Of a stretch of 64,000 nt of DNA, positions 46,556 to 55,399 are shown one piece after another. Location of the stretch: contig OY762063.1 in the NCBI GenBank assembly GCA_963665075.1, positions 145,040 through 209,039 on the forward strand, in the 5' to 3' direction. The notes below the pieces were generated by a model. That model was given only the letters and a program-made list of their open reading frames with translations. It had not been told where the DNA came from and made no database searches. Position numbers and translations under genes: made by a program. Source of the stretch: Dehalococcoidia bacterium. Its GTDB lineage: Bacteria; Chloroflexota; Dehalococcoidia; Lucifugimonadales; GCA-2712585. Numbering within the stretch: the first letter of the stretch is position 1; each line of letters begins with the position of its first letter.

Positions 46556-47662
46556 TTAGATGATGCGGGCGGGCCACTGGTCTACGAGGACGGATTGGGC
46601 TTTTTCTATCAGGGAGTCGATGTTCCAGCCGGTGGCGGCGGAGATTTCTACATTTGGGTGGGGAGACGTGATGGGGCGGGGGCGTCCGCCATTGGTGGTG
46701 ACGATGTCCATTTTGTTGAGGACGAGGAGTTGGGGCTTTTCGGAGAGGTCGAGCTGGCGGAGGGTGTCTTCGACTACCTGGGCCTGGGCGGGCGCGTTGG
46801 GATTAGAGGCGTCGACGACGTGGAGGAGGAGGTCGGCGTCGTGGAGGAATTCGAGGGTAGCGTGGAAGGCGGATATTACCGTCGGGGGGAGCTTGTTGAT
46901 GAAGCCGACGGTGTCGGTGATGAGGATTTCGTCGCCGTAGGGGAGGCGTATGCGGCGGGTGACGGGGTCGAGGGTGGCGAAGAGGCGGTCGGCGGAGGGG
47001 ACGCCGGCGTGGGAGAGGGTGTTGAAGAGGGTGCTCTTGCCGGCGTTGGTGTAGCCGACGAGGGAGGCGACGGGGAGGCCCGAACGTTGGCGTCGGCTGC
47101 GTTGGAGGAGGCGGGAGCGTTGGACGCGCTCAAGCTGGGCGTTGAGGCGCTTGATTCTGCCGCGGACGAGGCGGCGGTCGGTCTCTATCTGGGTTTCGCC
47201 GGGGCCGCGGGTGCCGATGCCGCCGCCGAGACGCTCCAGGTGGGACCACTGGCCCGCGAGACGAGGTAGAAGATATTGGTGTTGGGCGAGTTCGACTTGC
47301 AACTGGCCCTCGCGGGTGCGAGCGTGGCGGGCGAATATGTCGAGGATGAGGGCGGTGCGGTCGATGACCTTTTCGCCCAGCTTTTCTTCCAGGTTGCGCT
47401 GCTGGGTGGGGCTGAGTTCGTCGTCGAAGATAACGACGTCGGCTTCGAGTTCATGCTTGAGGTCGCGTATCTCTTCCAGCTTGCCCTCGCCGACGTAGAA
47501 GGGGGTGGGCTTGCTTCGCTGCTGAGACACGGAGGCGACCACCTCCGCGCCGGCGGTAGCGACCAGCTGTGCGAGTTCGTCCAGGTCGGCTTTCAGACCC
47601 AGAAGGCTGCCGTTGCCTCTGATATGCACGCCCACCAGCAGGGCCCGCTCCGTTCGCTCCAA
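46556..47662 (-). CDS. hflX: GTPase HflX
   Basis: HflX N-terminal domain, and G1 motif GYTNAGKSTLFN, G3 DTVGF, G4 NKMD. Confidence 0.92.
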   Translation of the reverse strand: MERTERALLVGVHIRGNGSLLGLKADLDELAQLVATAGAEVVASVSQQRSKPTPFYVGEGKLEEIRDLKHELEADVVIFDDELSPTQQRNLEEKLGEKVIDRTALILDIFARHARTREGQLQVELAQHQYLLPRLAGQWSHLERLGGGIGTRGPGETQIETDRRLVRGRIKRLNAQLERVQRSRLLQRSRRQRSGLPVASLVGYTNAGKSTLFNTLSHAGVPSADRLFATLDPVTRRIRLPYGDEILITDTVGFINKLPPTVISAFHATLEFLHDADLLLHVVDASNPNAPAQAQVVEDTLRQLDLSEKPQLLVLNKMDIVTTNGGRPRPITSPHPNVEISAATGWNIDSLIEKAQSVLVDQWPARII

Positions 47663-47689
47663 GGGCCATGATTTACGCTTTGCGATGGT

Positions 47690-48871
47690 CTAGGCCTCCG
47701 GCGGGGCGGAAATCGTCCAGGAATTGAGCCGGTCGACGCCCTTGTCGATCATTTCGTCGGGGGTTGTGAGGGAGAGGCGGATATAGCCTTCGCCGTTCTC
47801 GCCGTAGCTGGAGCCGGGGGTGACGACGAGGGCCAAATCGTCGAGCAGGCGGGCGGTGAAGGACTCGGAGGAGTAGCCCGGCGGGACCTTCGCCCAGACG
47901 TAGAGGGCGGCCTTGGGGGGAACGACGCCGAGGCCGAGGCGGACGAGGGCGTCCATGACCTTATCGCGGCGCACCTGGTAGATGGCGTTGTTGGCGTCGA
48001 TGTGGTCCTGGGGGCCGGTGAGGGCTTCGACGGCCATTTCCTGGATGGCCTGTGGGATGCCGGAATCCAGGTTGGACTTGATGGTGAAGAGGGCGTTGAT
48101 CATGTCGGCGTTGCCGACGGCGGAGCCGAAGCGCCAGCCCGTCATGTTGAAGCACTTGGAGAGGGAATGGAACTCGATGCCCACGTCCTTCGCGCCTTCG
48201 ATTTCGAGGAAGCTGAGGGCCTTGTAGCCGTCGAAGACGACCTCGCTATAGGCGGCGTCGTGGAGAATTCCGATGTCGTACTCGCGGGCGAAGGCGATGG
48301 CCTTTTCGTAGTAGTCGCGCTCGGCGACGGCGCCGGTGGGGTTGTTGGGGTAGTTGAGCCACATGACCGTGGCGTCGCGGGCGACTTCGGCGGGGATGGC
48401 CTCCAGGTCGGGGAGGAAGCCGTTCTCCTCCAGGAGGGGCATGACGTAGGACTCGGCGCCGGCGAAGAGGGTGCCCGCGGCATAGACGGGGTAGGCGGGG
48501 TCTGGGATGAGGCAGACGTCGCCGGGGTCGAGGTAGCAGAAGGCGGCGTGGCCGATGCCTTCCTTCGCGCCGATGAGGGGGAGGACTTCGGTGGCGGTGT
48601 CGAGGCCGTCGACGCCGAAGCGGGACTTGTACCAATCGGCGACGGCCTCGCGGACTTCGGGGAGGCCGTCGGTTTCGGGGTAGCGGTGGTTGGCGGGGGT
48701 GCGGGAGGCCTCGATGAGGCGGTCGATGATGGGTTCGGGGGTTGGGATGTCGGGGTCGCCGATGCCGAAGGTGACGATTTCGACGCCTTCGGCGCGCTTC
48801 TTGGCGATGATGCGGGAGATTTCGACGAAGGGGTAGGGGGCGAGTTTGTCCAGTCGGGCGGAAAATTTCAT
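47690..48871 (-). CDS. class I aminotransferase, LL-diaminopimelate aminotransferase-like
   Basis: RLDKLAPYPFVEISRIIAKKRAEGVEIVTFGIGDPDIPTP and the PLP-lysine context HSLSKCFNMTGWRFG. The N-terminal pattern resembles DapL more than AspC, and dapB/dapA/dapF are present in the window. Confidence 0.75.
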   Translation of the reverse strand: MKFSARLDKLAPYPFVEISRIIAKKRAEGVEIVTFGIGDPDIPTPEPIIDRLIEASRTPANHRYPETDGLPEVREAVADWYKSRFGVDGLDTATEVLPLIGAKEGIGHAAFCYLDPGDVCLIPDPAYPVYAAGTLFAGAESYVMPLLEENGFLPDLEAIPAEVARDATVMWLNYPNNPTGAVAERDYYEKAIAFAREYDIGILHDAAYSEVVFDGYKALSFLEIEGAKDVGIEFHSLSKCFNMTGWRFGSAVGNADMINALFTIKSNLDSGIPQAIQEMAVEALTGPQDHIDANNAIYQVRRDKVMDALVRLGLGVVPPKAALYVWAKVPPGYSSESFTARLLDDLALVVTPGSSYGENGEGYIRLSLTTPDEMIDKGVDRLNSWTISAPPEA

Positions 48872-48916
48872 GTTGTCAGCGTTACTCTACTTTGTAGTTT
48901 TGTGGTTGGGTTAACC

Positions 48917-49234
48917 TCAGATTATGGCAAGGATGAGGGAGACGACGGCGACTGCCGCGCTACCGAATGCGGCAAAGATCGCTAGGGAAACGCGGCTACG
49001 ATGAGCGAGGACTTCTGCTTCCAGTTCCCATACTCGCGCTTCCAGCTCATCAACACGGGATCTAAGCTCTGCTACGGGCCTTAGTTTCATTGAGCTTGGA
49101 CCTCCTTCTTGGTTCATCAATTCATCGACAAGTGGCTTCGCCTCTTTATAGAACGCGACTCCAGCCACAATTGCTTTCCAAGCTACTTTTGGGTTCTTCA
49201 CTATCGACAATAGCGCCCCTACTGGAAAAGCCAT
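48917..49234 (-). CDS. hypothetical tail-anchored coiled-coil protein (~105 aa) in a lower-GC patch
   Basis: ATG 49234 is preceded by GAGGA (the track uses TTG 49246). It has the coiled coil ELRSRVDELEARVWELEAEVLAH and a C-terminal hydrophobic helix VSLAIFAAFGSAAVAVVSLILAII. It lies 45 nt upstream of the aminotransferase gene. Confidence 0.5.
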   Translation of the reverse strand: MAFPVGALLSIVKNPKVAWKAIVAGVAFYKEAKPLVDELMNQEGGPSSMKLRPVAELRSRVDELEARVWELEAEVLAHRSRVSLAIFAAFGSAAVAVVSLILAII

Positions 49235-49286
49235 ATCTATCCTCAAAATCCCATCATCGGGAAGTTTCCACTACGAGAGCGGGTCA

Positions 49287-49315
49287 AATATATAGGGTTG
49301 GGGTGGAGGCCGCAA
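49287..49315 (-). promoter_or_regulatory. candidate promoter for the small ORF / aminotransferase unit
   Basis: On the minus strand: TTGCGG (49315-49310), a 17-nt spacer, then TATATT (49292-49287). Confidence 0.35.
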
Positions 49316-49574
49316 GTTGTGTTGGAGGGGTGAAATCAGAGTCGTTTGGAAAACGAGTATTGGGGTTTTGAGGGGAAATCAGGCGTACAATGGGGAAATT
49401 TGGGGCGTAGTCGTTTCAAAAAATCCGGGAAACGACTCCTCTGCGAGGGTGGATTTTTGCCATCCTTGTGGGCAGGCAGCGAGGTTTTGTTGGATGTCGG
49501 CGACGTGCATGGGTTTGCAAGGGTAGGGTAGCAGGGGAGGGGGATTTGTGGCAAGGAAATGTTGTCAGTTTGGG

Positions 49575-49832
49575 GGAACACCCCCATCCCAACCTTCCCC
49601 CATTAAGGGGGAAGGGATAAGAGGGGAAGGGCGGTTATGCAAAGGTCTCTGTCGAGGGGGAAGGGGTAAGAGGGGATGGATTCCGGCTTTCGCCGGAATG
49701 ACGGGATTGGTTGGGGGTGAGGGGGACCGCTCGACCCTTCGACAGGCTCAGGGTGAGCGGGGGGGGGGGGGGGGAACACCCCCATCCTAACCTTCCCCCG
49801 TCAAGGGGGAAGGGAGAAGAGGTAAGAGGGGA
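49575..49832 (+). repeat. intergenic repeat cluster (B, D, A', C, G16 homopolymer, B)
   Basis: B at 49579, D at 49632, A' at 49676, C at 49728, 16 consecutive G at 49759-49774, B at 49778. Confidence 0.85.
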
Positions 49833-49837
49833 GGGGG

Positions 49838-50701
49838 TTAGGTGGGCCAGCGGCCGGTGAAGACTTCGGTGGCGGGGCCTTCTAGGAAGACTTCGTCCAT
49901 TCCGTCCCAGTCGATGGTCAGGGTTCCGCCGGGGAGGGTTATGTCAACGTTGTTGCCGACGTAGCCGTGTAGGTTGGCGGCGACCATCATGGCGCAGGCG
50001 CCGCTGCCGCAGGCCATCGTCTCGCCGCTGCCGCGCTCCCAGACGCGGGCGTTGAGCTTGTCCCGGCTCAGCCGGTTGACGATTTCGAAGTTGACCCGGT
50101 TGGGGAATATGATGTGATGCTCAACCTTGGGGCCTATGGCGTGCAGGGGGAAGTCCTCGACGGGCGTGTCGATGAAGGCGACGGCGTGGGGGTTGCCCAT
50201 CGAAACGAAGGTTAGCTTGAGGTCTACGCCGTCGATGGTGAGGGGGTAGTCGGCGACGGCGTCGCCTATGGCGCGGCCCTTGGAGGGGCTGACGACAACG
50301 GGCACCTCTATGGGGTGCAGAATGGGGGCGCCCATCGCGACGCGGGCGCGGGTGACGAGGCCGTTTTCGCCGGAGGGGGTGACGGTGCGGACGCCGCCGA
50401 GGGTTTCGACGGTGAGGCCGCCGTTGGTGGGGGTGGCGATGTTGCGCTCGATGGCGAACTTGGTGAAGCAGCGGATGCCGTTGCCGCACATTTCGCCCTC
50501 GGAGCCGTCGGCGTTGAACATGCGCATCTTGAGGGCGGCCCTGTCGGAGTCCATGATGAGGATGAGTCCGTCGCTGCCGATGCCGAAATGCCGGTCGCTC
50601 ATGGCGACGGAGAGGGCGGGCCAGTTTTCGTCGAGGTTGCGGGCGTCCACGTAGACGTAGTCGTTGCCGCAGCCTTCCATTTTGGTGAATTCGATGCTCA
50701 T
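49838..50701 (-). CDS. dapF: diaminopimelate epimerase
   Basis: FTKMEGCGNDYVYVD, and catalytic Cys contexts MCGNGIRCF and MACGSGACA. Confidence 0.95.
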   Translation of the reverse strand: MSIEFTKMEGCGNDYVYVDARNLDENWPALSVAMSDRHFGIGSDGLILIMDSDRAALKMRMFNADGSEGEMCGNGIRCFTKFAIERNIATPTNGGLTVETLGGVRTVTPSGENGLVTRARVAMGAPILHPIEVPVVVSPSKGRAIGDAVADYPLTIDGVDLKLTFVSMGNPHAVAFIDTPVEDFPLHAIGPKVEHHIIFPNRVNFEIVNRLSRDKLNARVWERGSGETMACGSGACAMMVAANLHGYVGNNVDITLPGGTLTIDWDGMDEVFLEGPATEVFTGRWPT

Positions 50702-50717
50702 GTTTGGGCCTTTCTTG

Positions 50718-50775
50718 GGGTGGATTCCCGCCTACGCGGGAATGACGAGTGTGGGTGGCGGGAATGACGGGTGGG
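50718..50775 (+). repeat. A module plus GGGAATGACGG half-site
   Basis: GGATTCCCGC-CTAC-GCGGGAATGACG at 50722, half-site at ~50759. Confidence 0.85.
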
Positions 50776-50809
50776 CGGGTGAATTAGATGCGTATGTTGC
50801 CGCCTCCGT

Positions 50810-51763
50810 TCAGGGGGATATTGTAGCACAGGATTGGATATATTCTCGCGCGATTGACAAGGCTTGGTTCACGTGGTTGTCGTTGGATTGGAGCCAGTGG
50901 ATGCGGGGGTCTTCCAGCTTGAACCAGGCGTATTGGCGGCGGGCGATGGCGTGGGTGCGGTATTTGGTGCGTTGGACGGCATCTTGGAGGGGGAGTTCGT
51001 TGGAGAGGTGGGAGGCGAGTTCCTGGTATCCGACGCCGGACATGGATGGGAGGGACGGAGTGTAGCCGTTGTCCAAGAGCCGTCGGACTTCTTCCAGGAA
51101 ACCGCGCTGCATCATTTCGTCGACGCGGCGGTCGATGCGGGCGTAGAGGTCTTCGCGGGGCATGGTGAGGCCGATGACGAGGGCGTTGACTTCAGAGTTT
51201 TTACGGGTTGGGTTGGCGGTGGGGTTTCTGCCGCCGGAGAGGTGGATTTCCAGGGCGCGGAGGACGCGGCGGGGGTTTTGGGGATCGATGCGCGCGGCGG
51301 TCTGGGGGTCGATGGCCTGCAATAGCTCAAATAGGGGCCAGACGCCGCGGCGTTTCAGTTGGAATTCCAGGTCGGCGCGGACGGCGGGGTTGGGGGGAAC
51401 TTTGGGAGGCTGCCATCCTTCCAGGAAGGCCCAGACGTATTGGCCGGAGCCGCCGACGAGGATGGGGAGGCGGTTTCGGGTCTGGACGTCTTGGACGGCG
51501 GCTTGGGCGTGTTCAAGGAAGAGGGCGAGGCTGTAGGTTTCGTCGGGGTTGTGGACGTCGAGGAGGTGATGGGGGATCAGGGCGCGTTCTTCTGATGTTG
51601 GCTTGGCGGCGCCGATGTCCATTCCTTTATAGACCTGGCGGCTGTCGGCGTTGATGATTTCGCCGTTGAGGGTTCGGGCGAGTTGGAGGGCGAGGGCGGT
51701 TTTGCCGACGGCGGTGGGGCCGACGATGGTGATGAGGGGAGGTGAGGGCTGGGAGGGGGTCAT
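50810..51763 (-). CDS. miaA: tRNA dimethylallyltransferase
   Basis: P-loop IVGPTAVGKTALALQLA, and NADSRQVYKGMDIGAAKP. Confidence 0.94.
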   Translation of the reverse strand: MTPSQPSPPLITIVGPTAVGKTALALQLARTLNGEIINADSRQVYKGMDIGAAKPTSEERALIPHHLLDVHNPDETYSLALFLEHAQAAVQDVQTRNRLPILVGGSGQYVWAFLEGWQPPKVPPNPAVRADLEFQLKRRGVWPLFELLQAIDPQTAARIDPQNPRRVLRALEIHLSGGRNPTANPTRKNSEVNALVIGLTMPREDLYARIDRRVDEMMQRGFLEEVRRLLDNGYTPSLPSMSGVGYQELASHLSNELPLQDAVQRTKYRTHAIARRQYAWFKLEDPRIHWLQSNDNHVNQALSIAREYIQSCATISP

Positions 51764-51804
51764 GTTAGTAGTTGGTGTGTTTGGTTAGAGATGGGGGTGG
51801 GATG

Positions 51805-51895
51805 CGGTGGATTCCCGCCTGCGCGGGAATGACGGGAGGGTGACGGGAATGACGAAAGGGGACGGAAGGGGAGGCGGGAATGACGGAGGGAGGAG
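51805..51895 (+). repeat. A module plus three GGGAATGACG half-sites
   Basis: A at 51808; half-sites near 51845 and 51876. Confidence 0.8.
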
Positions 51896-51907
51896 GGATT
51901 GGGCATG

Positions 51908-52687
51908 TTAGGTGGTGGAATTTATCTGGGCGGTGAGATGGATGATTTGGGCGAATTGGGCGGCGTCGAGGCTGGCGCCCCCTACCAACGTGCCCTGGAT
52001 GCTGGGTTCTTGCAGGAAGGCGGCGACGTTTTCGGGGTTGACGCTGCCACCGTAGAGGACTGTGATTCGATGGGCTACTTCGTCGTTATAGAGGTTGGCT
52101 AGTTCGGCGCGGATGGCGCCGCCGGTTATGTCGGCGACGACGACGGGGGTGGCGGGGACGCCGGTGCCGATGGCCCATACAGGCTCGTAGGCGATGACGA
52201 TGCGGCGGGGGTCTTCTATCCCGTCAAGGCCCGTTTCCAGCTGGCGTCGGACGACGGATTCCGCCGCGCCCTGGCGTCGTTGGCTGAGGGTTTCGCCGAC
52301 GCAGAGGATGGGGATGAGTCCGGCGCCGACGGCGGCTTTTACCTTCTGTCCGACCACGTGGTAACCCTCCCGCATTCCGTGGCGCCGTTCGGAGTGGCCG
52401 ACGATGACGTAGCGGCAGAGGCTCTGGAGCATGGTGGGGGAGATTTCGCCGGTGAAGGCGCCGGAGGGCTGGTGGTGGAGGTTTTGCGCGCCGAGGGCGA
52501 TGTTGGAGTCTTTGAGGAGGTCGTGAAGGGGCGCGAGGGATATGAAGGGGGGGCAGAGGACGGTTTGGACGCCGGTTGGGGGGTTGTCTTCCAGCAGGCG
52601 TCGTAGGTCGGAAGCGAGGGTTATCGCCTCATGGACGGTGGTGTTCATCTTCCAGTTTCCGACGGCGTATAGTTCAGGGGGAGGCAT
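51908..52687 (-). CDS. tpiA: triosephosphate isomerase
   Basis: AVGNWKMN, VGHSERR, AYEPVWAIGTG. I prefer ATG 52687 as the start; the track's TTG at 52711 overlaps the edge of the adjacent repeat cluster. Start uncertain. Confidence 0.92.
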   Translation of the reverse strand: MPPPELYAVGNWKMNTTVHEAITLASDLRRLLEDNPPTGVQTVLCPPFISLAPLHDLLKDSNIALGAQNLHHQPSGAFTGEISPTMLQSLCRYVIVGHSERRHGMREGYHVVGQKVKAAVGAGLIPILCVGETLSQRRQGAAESVVRRQLETGLDGIEDPRRIVIAYEPVWAIGTGVPATPVVVADITGGAIRAELANLYNDEVAHRITVLYGGSVNPENVAAFLQEPSIQGTLVGGASLDAAQFAQIIHLTAQINSTT

Positions 52688-52711
52688 TAGGGGATGGTTG
52701 GTGGGAGGCAA

Positions 52712-52870
52712 GGGGATGGATTCCCGCTTTCGCGGGAATGACGGTTATACAAAGGTCTCCAAGATGGGAGAGGGGGCATGGATTCCCGCCTACGCGGGAA
52801 TGACGGTGGGGGTCTAGGGGGAAGGGGGAAGACACCCTCACCTTAATCCTCTCCCTCAAGGGAGAGGAGA
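52712..52870 (+). repeat. intergenic repeat cluster (A, D, A, B')
   Basis: A at 52716, GGTTATACAAAGGTCTCC at 52743, A at 52780, B' at 52834. Confidence 0.85.
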
Positions 52871-52910
52871 AGGAATGGGATGCTCTCGCGAAGGGGAAGA
52901 GGGGCATGGG

Positions 52911-54119
52911 CTAGGCGCCGAATTTGGAGATTTTGCCTGCGTGGGCCAGGGCGAGGGACATCAGCTCCACGGCGCGGATTGTGCCCATGACGCCGAGGGC
53001 GCAGGAGCGTTCGTTGAAGGAGGGGGGGCCTTGGGCGCGGGTCCAGGGGGACTTGAGCAGGAAGGGGACGGGGTGCCAGCTGTGGTTGGCCATTATCGAC
53101 GGGGTGGAGTGGTCGCCGACGATGAGGAATACGTCGGGGTTGAGGTTCAGGATGCGGGGAATGAAGGCGTCCAGCTTTTCGAGGACGCGCACCTTCTCGT
53201 CAAAATCGCCGTCCTCGCCGGCGGCGTCGGCGGGCTTGTAGTGGATGAAGAAGAAGTCGTGGTCGTCCCAGCGTTTTTCGAGGGTCGCGACTTCGTCGTT
53301 GAAAGTCTCGCCGGTCGCCAGGACTTGCATGCCCAGGATGGTGGCGAGGCCGCGATACATGGGGTAGGCGGCGATGGCGGCGGGGTTGAGTTGGTAGGCG
53401 TGGGCCATAGAGGGGAGATGGGGCATGCCGGAGAATCCGCGAAGCATGACCATGTTGGCGCGCTCTTCGTCGATGAGTTTGTGGCGGGCCTGGCGGACGA
53501 ATTCGTTGGCGGCGTCGGCGGTGGCGCGGGCTTCGAGGGTTAGGGCCCTCACGTTCAGGGGGGCGACGCCGGCGCGCTGGGGGTCCATCTCGGTCAGGTT
53601 GTCGGAAAGGTCGTTGCCCCTCATGCGGAGGACGAAGCGGTAGTCCTTCACGGGATAAACGCGGATGTCCAGGGAGTCGACTTCGATGCTGTCCAGTTCG
53701 TTGCAGAGGGGTTCGCTGAGGGCGGTGGGGATGCGACCGGCGCGGCGGTCGACGAGGAGGCCGTGGTCGTCGACGGTGCAGAAGTTGCCGCGGGCGACGA
53801 CGTCGCCTTCCCGGAAGTCAACGCCTTCGACGCCCATTGCTTCGAGGGCGCCGCGTCCGATGACGTATCGGAGGGGGTCGTAGCCGAAGAGGGATAGATG
53901 GCCGGGGCCGCTGCCGGGGGTGACGCCCGGCATGACGGGGATGGTGAGGCCGAGGGCGCTTTCGCCGGCGGTGGCGTCGATGTTGGGGAGACTGGCCGTT
54001 TCGAGTTCGGACCTGCCGGTTTTCGGGTGAGGCAGGCCGCCCAAGCCGTCCACCACCAGCATGACAATCCTGGAAGGCGTGCTGACGTAGATGTCGCGGA
54101 GAAGGGGAACGTCAATCAT
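52911..54119 (-). CDS. apgM: 2,3-bisphosphoglycerate-independent phosphoglycerate mutase, archaeal/ApgM type
   Basis: IVMLVVDGLGGLPH metal/phospho-Ser region, GDHSTP near the C-terminus, ~400 aa, between pgk and tpiA. Confidence 0.88.
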   Translation of the reverse strand: MIDVPLLRDIYVSTPSRIVMLVVDGLGGLPHPKTGRSELETASLPNIDATAGESALGLTIPVMPGVTPGSGPGHLSLFGYDPLRYVIGRGALEAMGVEGVDFREGDVVARGNFCTVDDHGLLVDRRAGRIPTALSEPLCNELDSIEVDSLDIRVYPVKDYRFVLRMRGNDLSDNLTEMDPQRAGVAPLNVRALTLEARATADAANEFVRQARHKLIDEERANMVMLRGFSGMPHLPSMAHAYQLNPAAIAAYPMYRGLATILGMQVLATGETFNDEVATLEKRWDDHDFFFIHYKPADAAGEDGDFDEKVRVLEKLDAFIPRILNLNPDVFLIVGDHSTPSIMANHSWHPVPFLLKSPWTRAQGPPSFNERSCALGVMGTIRAVELMSLALAHAGKISKFGA

Positions 54120-54144
54120 CAGATTTCAGTTCGAGCATATATCT

Positions 54145-55395
54145 TCATTTCAGACTAGTGAGTCTCTTGGCCGGCGAGGCGGATGAACTTACGAGGAGGC
54201 TTGTGGACGGCAAGGCGGATATGCCCGGCAGTTGCTTTCCTTCGAGGAACTCAATCATAGCGCCGCCTCCGCTGGACACGTGGTCCATGTGATGCCCCAG
54301 CCCCAGGGACTCGACGGCCTTTGCCGTAGAGCCACCCCCGATTATAGTAGTCCCGTCCAGCGAGGCCAAGTGGTTGGCGAGGGAAGTTGTGCCGGCGGCG
54401 AAGGGTTCGAGTTCGAAGACGCCGAGGGGCCCGTTCCAGATGACGGTCCGGCAACGGGTCAGGAGGCGGCAGAATTTTTCTACGGTCTTGGGGCCTACGT
54501 CGAGAATCATCGAATCCTTCGGCACTTCGTCAACGGAATGGACGCCGATGCTGGACGGGTTGGCGGTGATGTCGGACGCGGCGACGACGTCGACGGGGAG
54601 GTGGATGTCGGCGTGGCCGAATCCGGGAAGCCTGAGGGTGTAGCCGAGGAGGTTGTCTTCGACGAGGGACTTGCCGACGGAGTTGCCGCGGGCCTTGAGG
54701 AATGTGGCCGCCATGCCGCCGCCGATGAGGATGAGGTCGGCGCGGCGGACGAGATTTTCGATGAGCTTGAGCTTGTCGCTGACCTTCGCGCCGCCGAGGA
54801 CGACGGCGAGGGGGCGGCGGGGGGATTGGAGGGCGTCGCCCAGGACTTCGAGTTCGCGCCGGAGAAGCAGACCGGCGGCTGAGGGGAGAATGCGGGGGAG
54901 GCCGACGATGGAGGCGTGGGAGCGGTGGGCGGCGCCGAAGGCGTCCAGGACGAATATGTCGGCAAGTCCGGCGAGGGCGTCGACGAACTGAGGATTGTTG
55001 GCTTCTTCGCCGGGGTGGAAGCGCAGGTTTTCCAGCAGGGCGACTTCGCCGGGGCGCATATTCGCAACGTGGCGGGATACCTGCGGCCCGATGCAGTCGG
55101 GGAGGGCGTGGACGGGGCGGTACAGCAGGTTTGAGAGACTGCGGGCCACGGGCTTGAGGCGCAACGCCTCGACGACGCGGCCTTTGGGGCGGCCCAGGTG
55201 GGAGCACAGGACGACCTTGCAGTTGCGCTCCAGGAGATATTCGACGGTGGGAAGGGTGACGCGGAGGCGGTGGTTGTGCTCGGAGGTGATTTCGGGGTTG
55301 GTCGGGTCCAGGGGCACGTTGAAGTCGGCCCGAAGGAGGACGGTCTTGCCGAAAACGTCCAGGTCGTGGAGGGTTTGCTTGTCGTGACGTGTCAT
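54145..55395 (-). CDS. pgk: phosphoglycerate kinase
   Basis: KTVLLRADFNVPL, and GGGDSAAAV-like GGGSTAKAV. Confidence 0.95.
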   Translation of the reverse strand: MTRHDKQTLHDLDVFGKTVLLRADFNVPLDPTNPEITSEHNHRLRVTLPTVEYLLERNCKVVLCSHLGRPKGRVVEALRLKPVARSLSNLLYRPVHALPDCIGPQVSRHVANMRPGEVALLENLRFHPGEEANNPQFVDALAGLADIFVLDAFGAAHRSHASIVGLPRILPSAAGLLLRRELEVLGDALQSPRRPLAVVLGGAKVSDKLKLIENLVRRADLILIGGGMAATFLKARGNSVGKSLVEDNLLGYTLRLPGFGHADIHLPVDVVAASDITANPSSIGVHSVDEVPKDSMILDVGPKTVEKFCRLLTRCRTVIWNGPLGVFELEPFAAGTTSLANHLASLDGTTIIGGGSTAKAVESLGLGHHMDHVSSGGGAMIEFLEGKQLPGISALPSTSLLVSSSASPAKRLTSLK

Positions 55396-55399
55396 ATAT

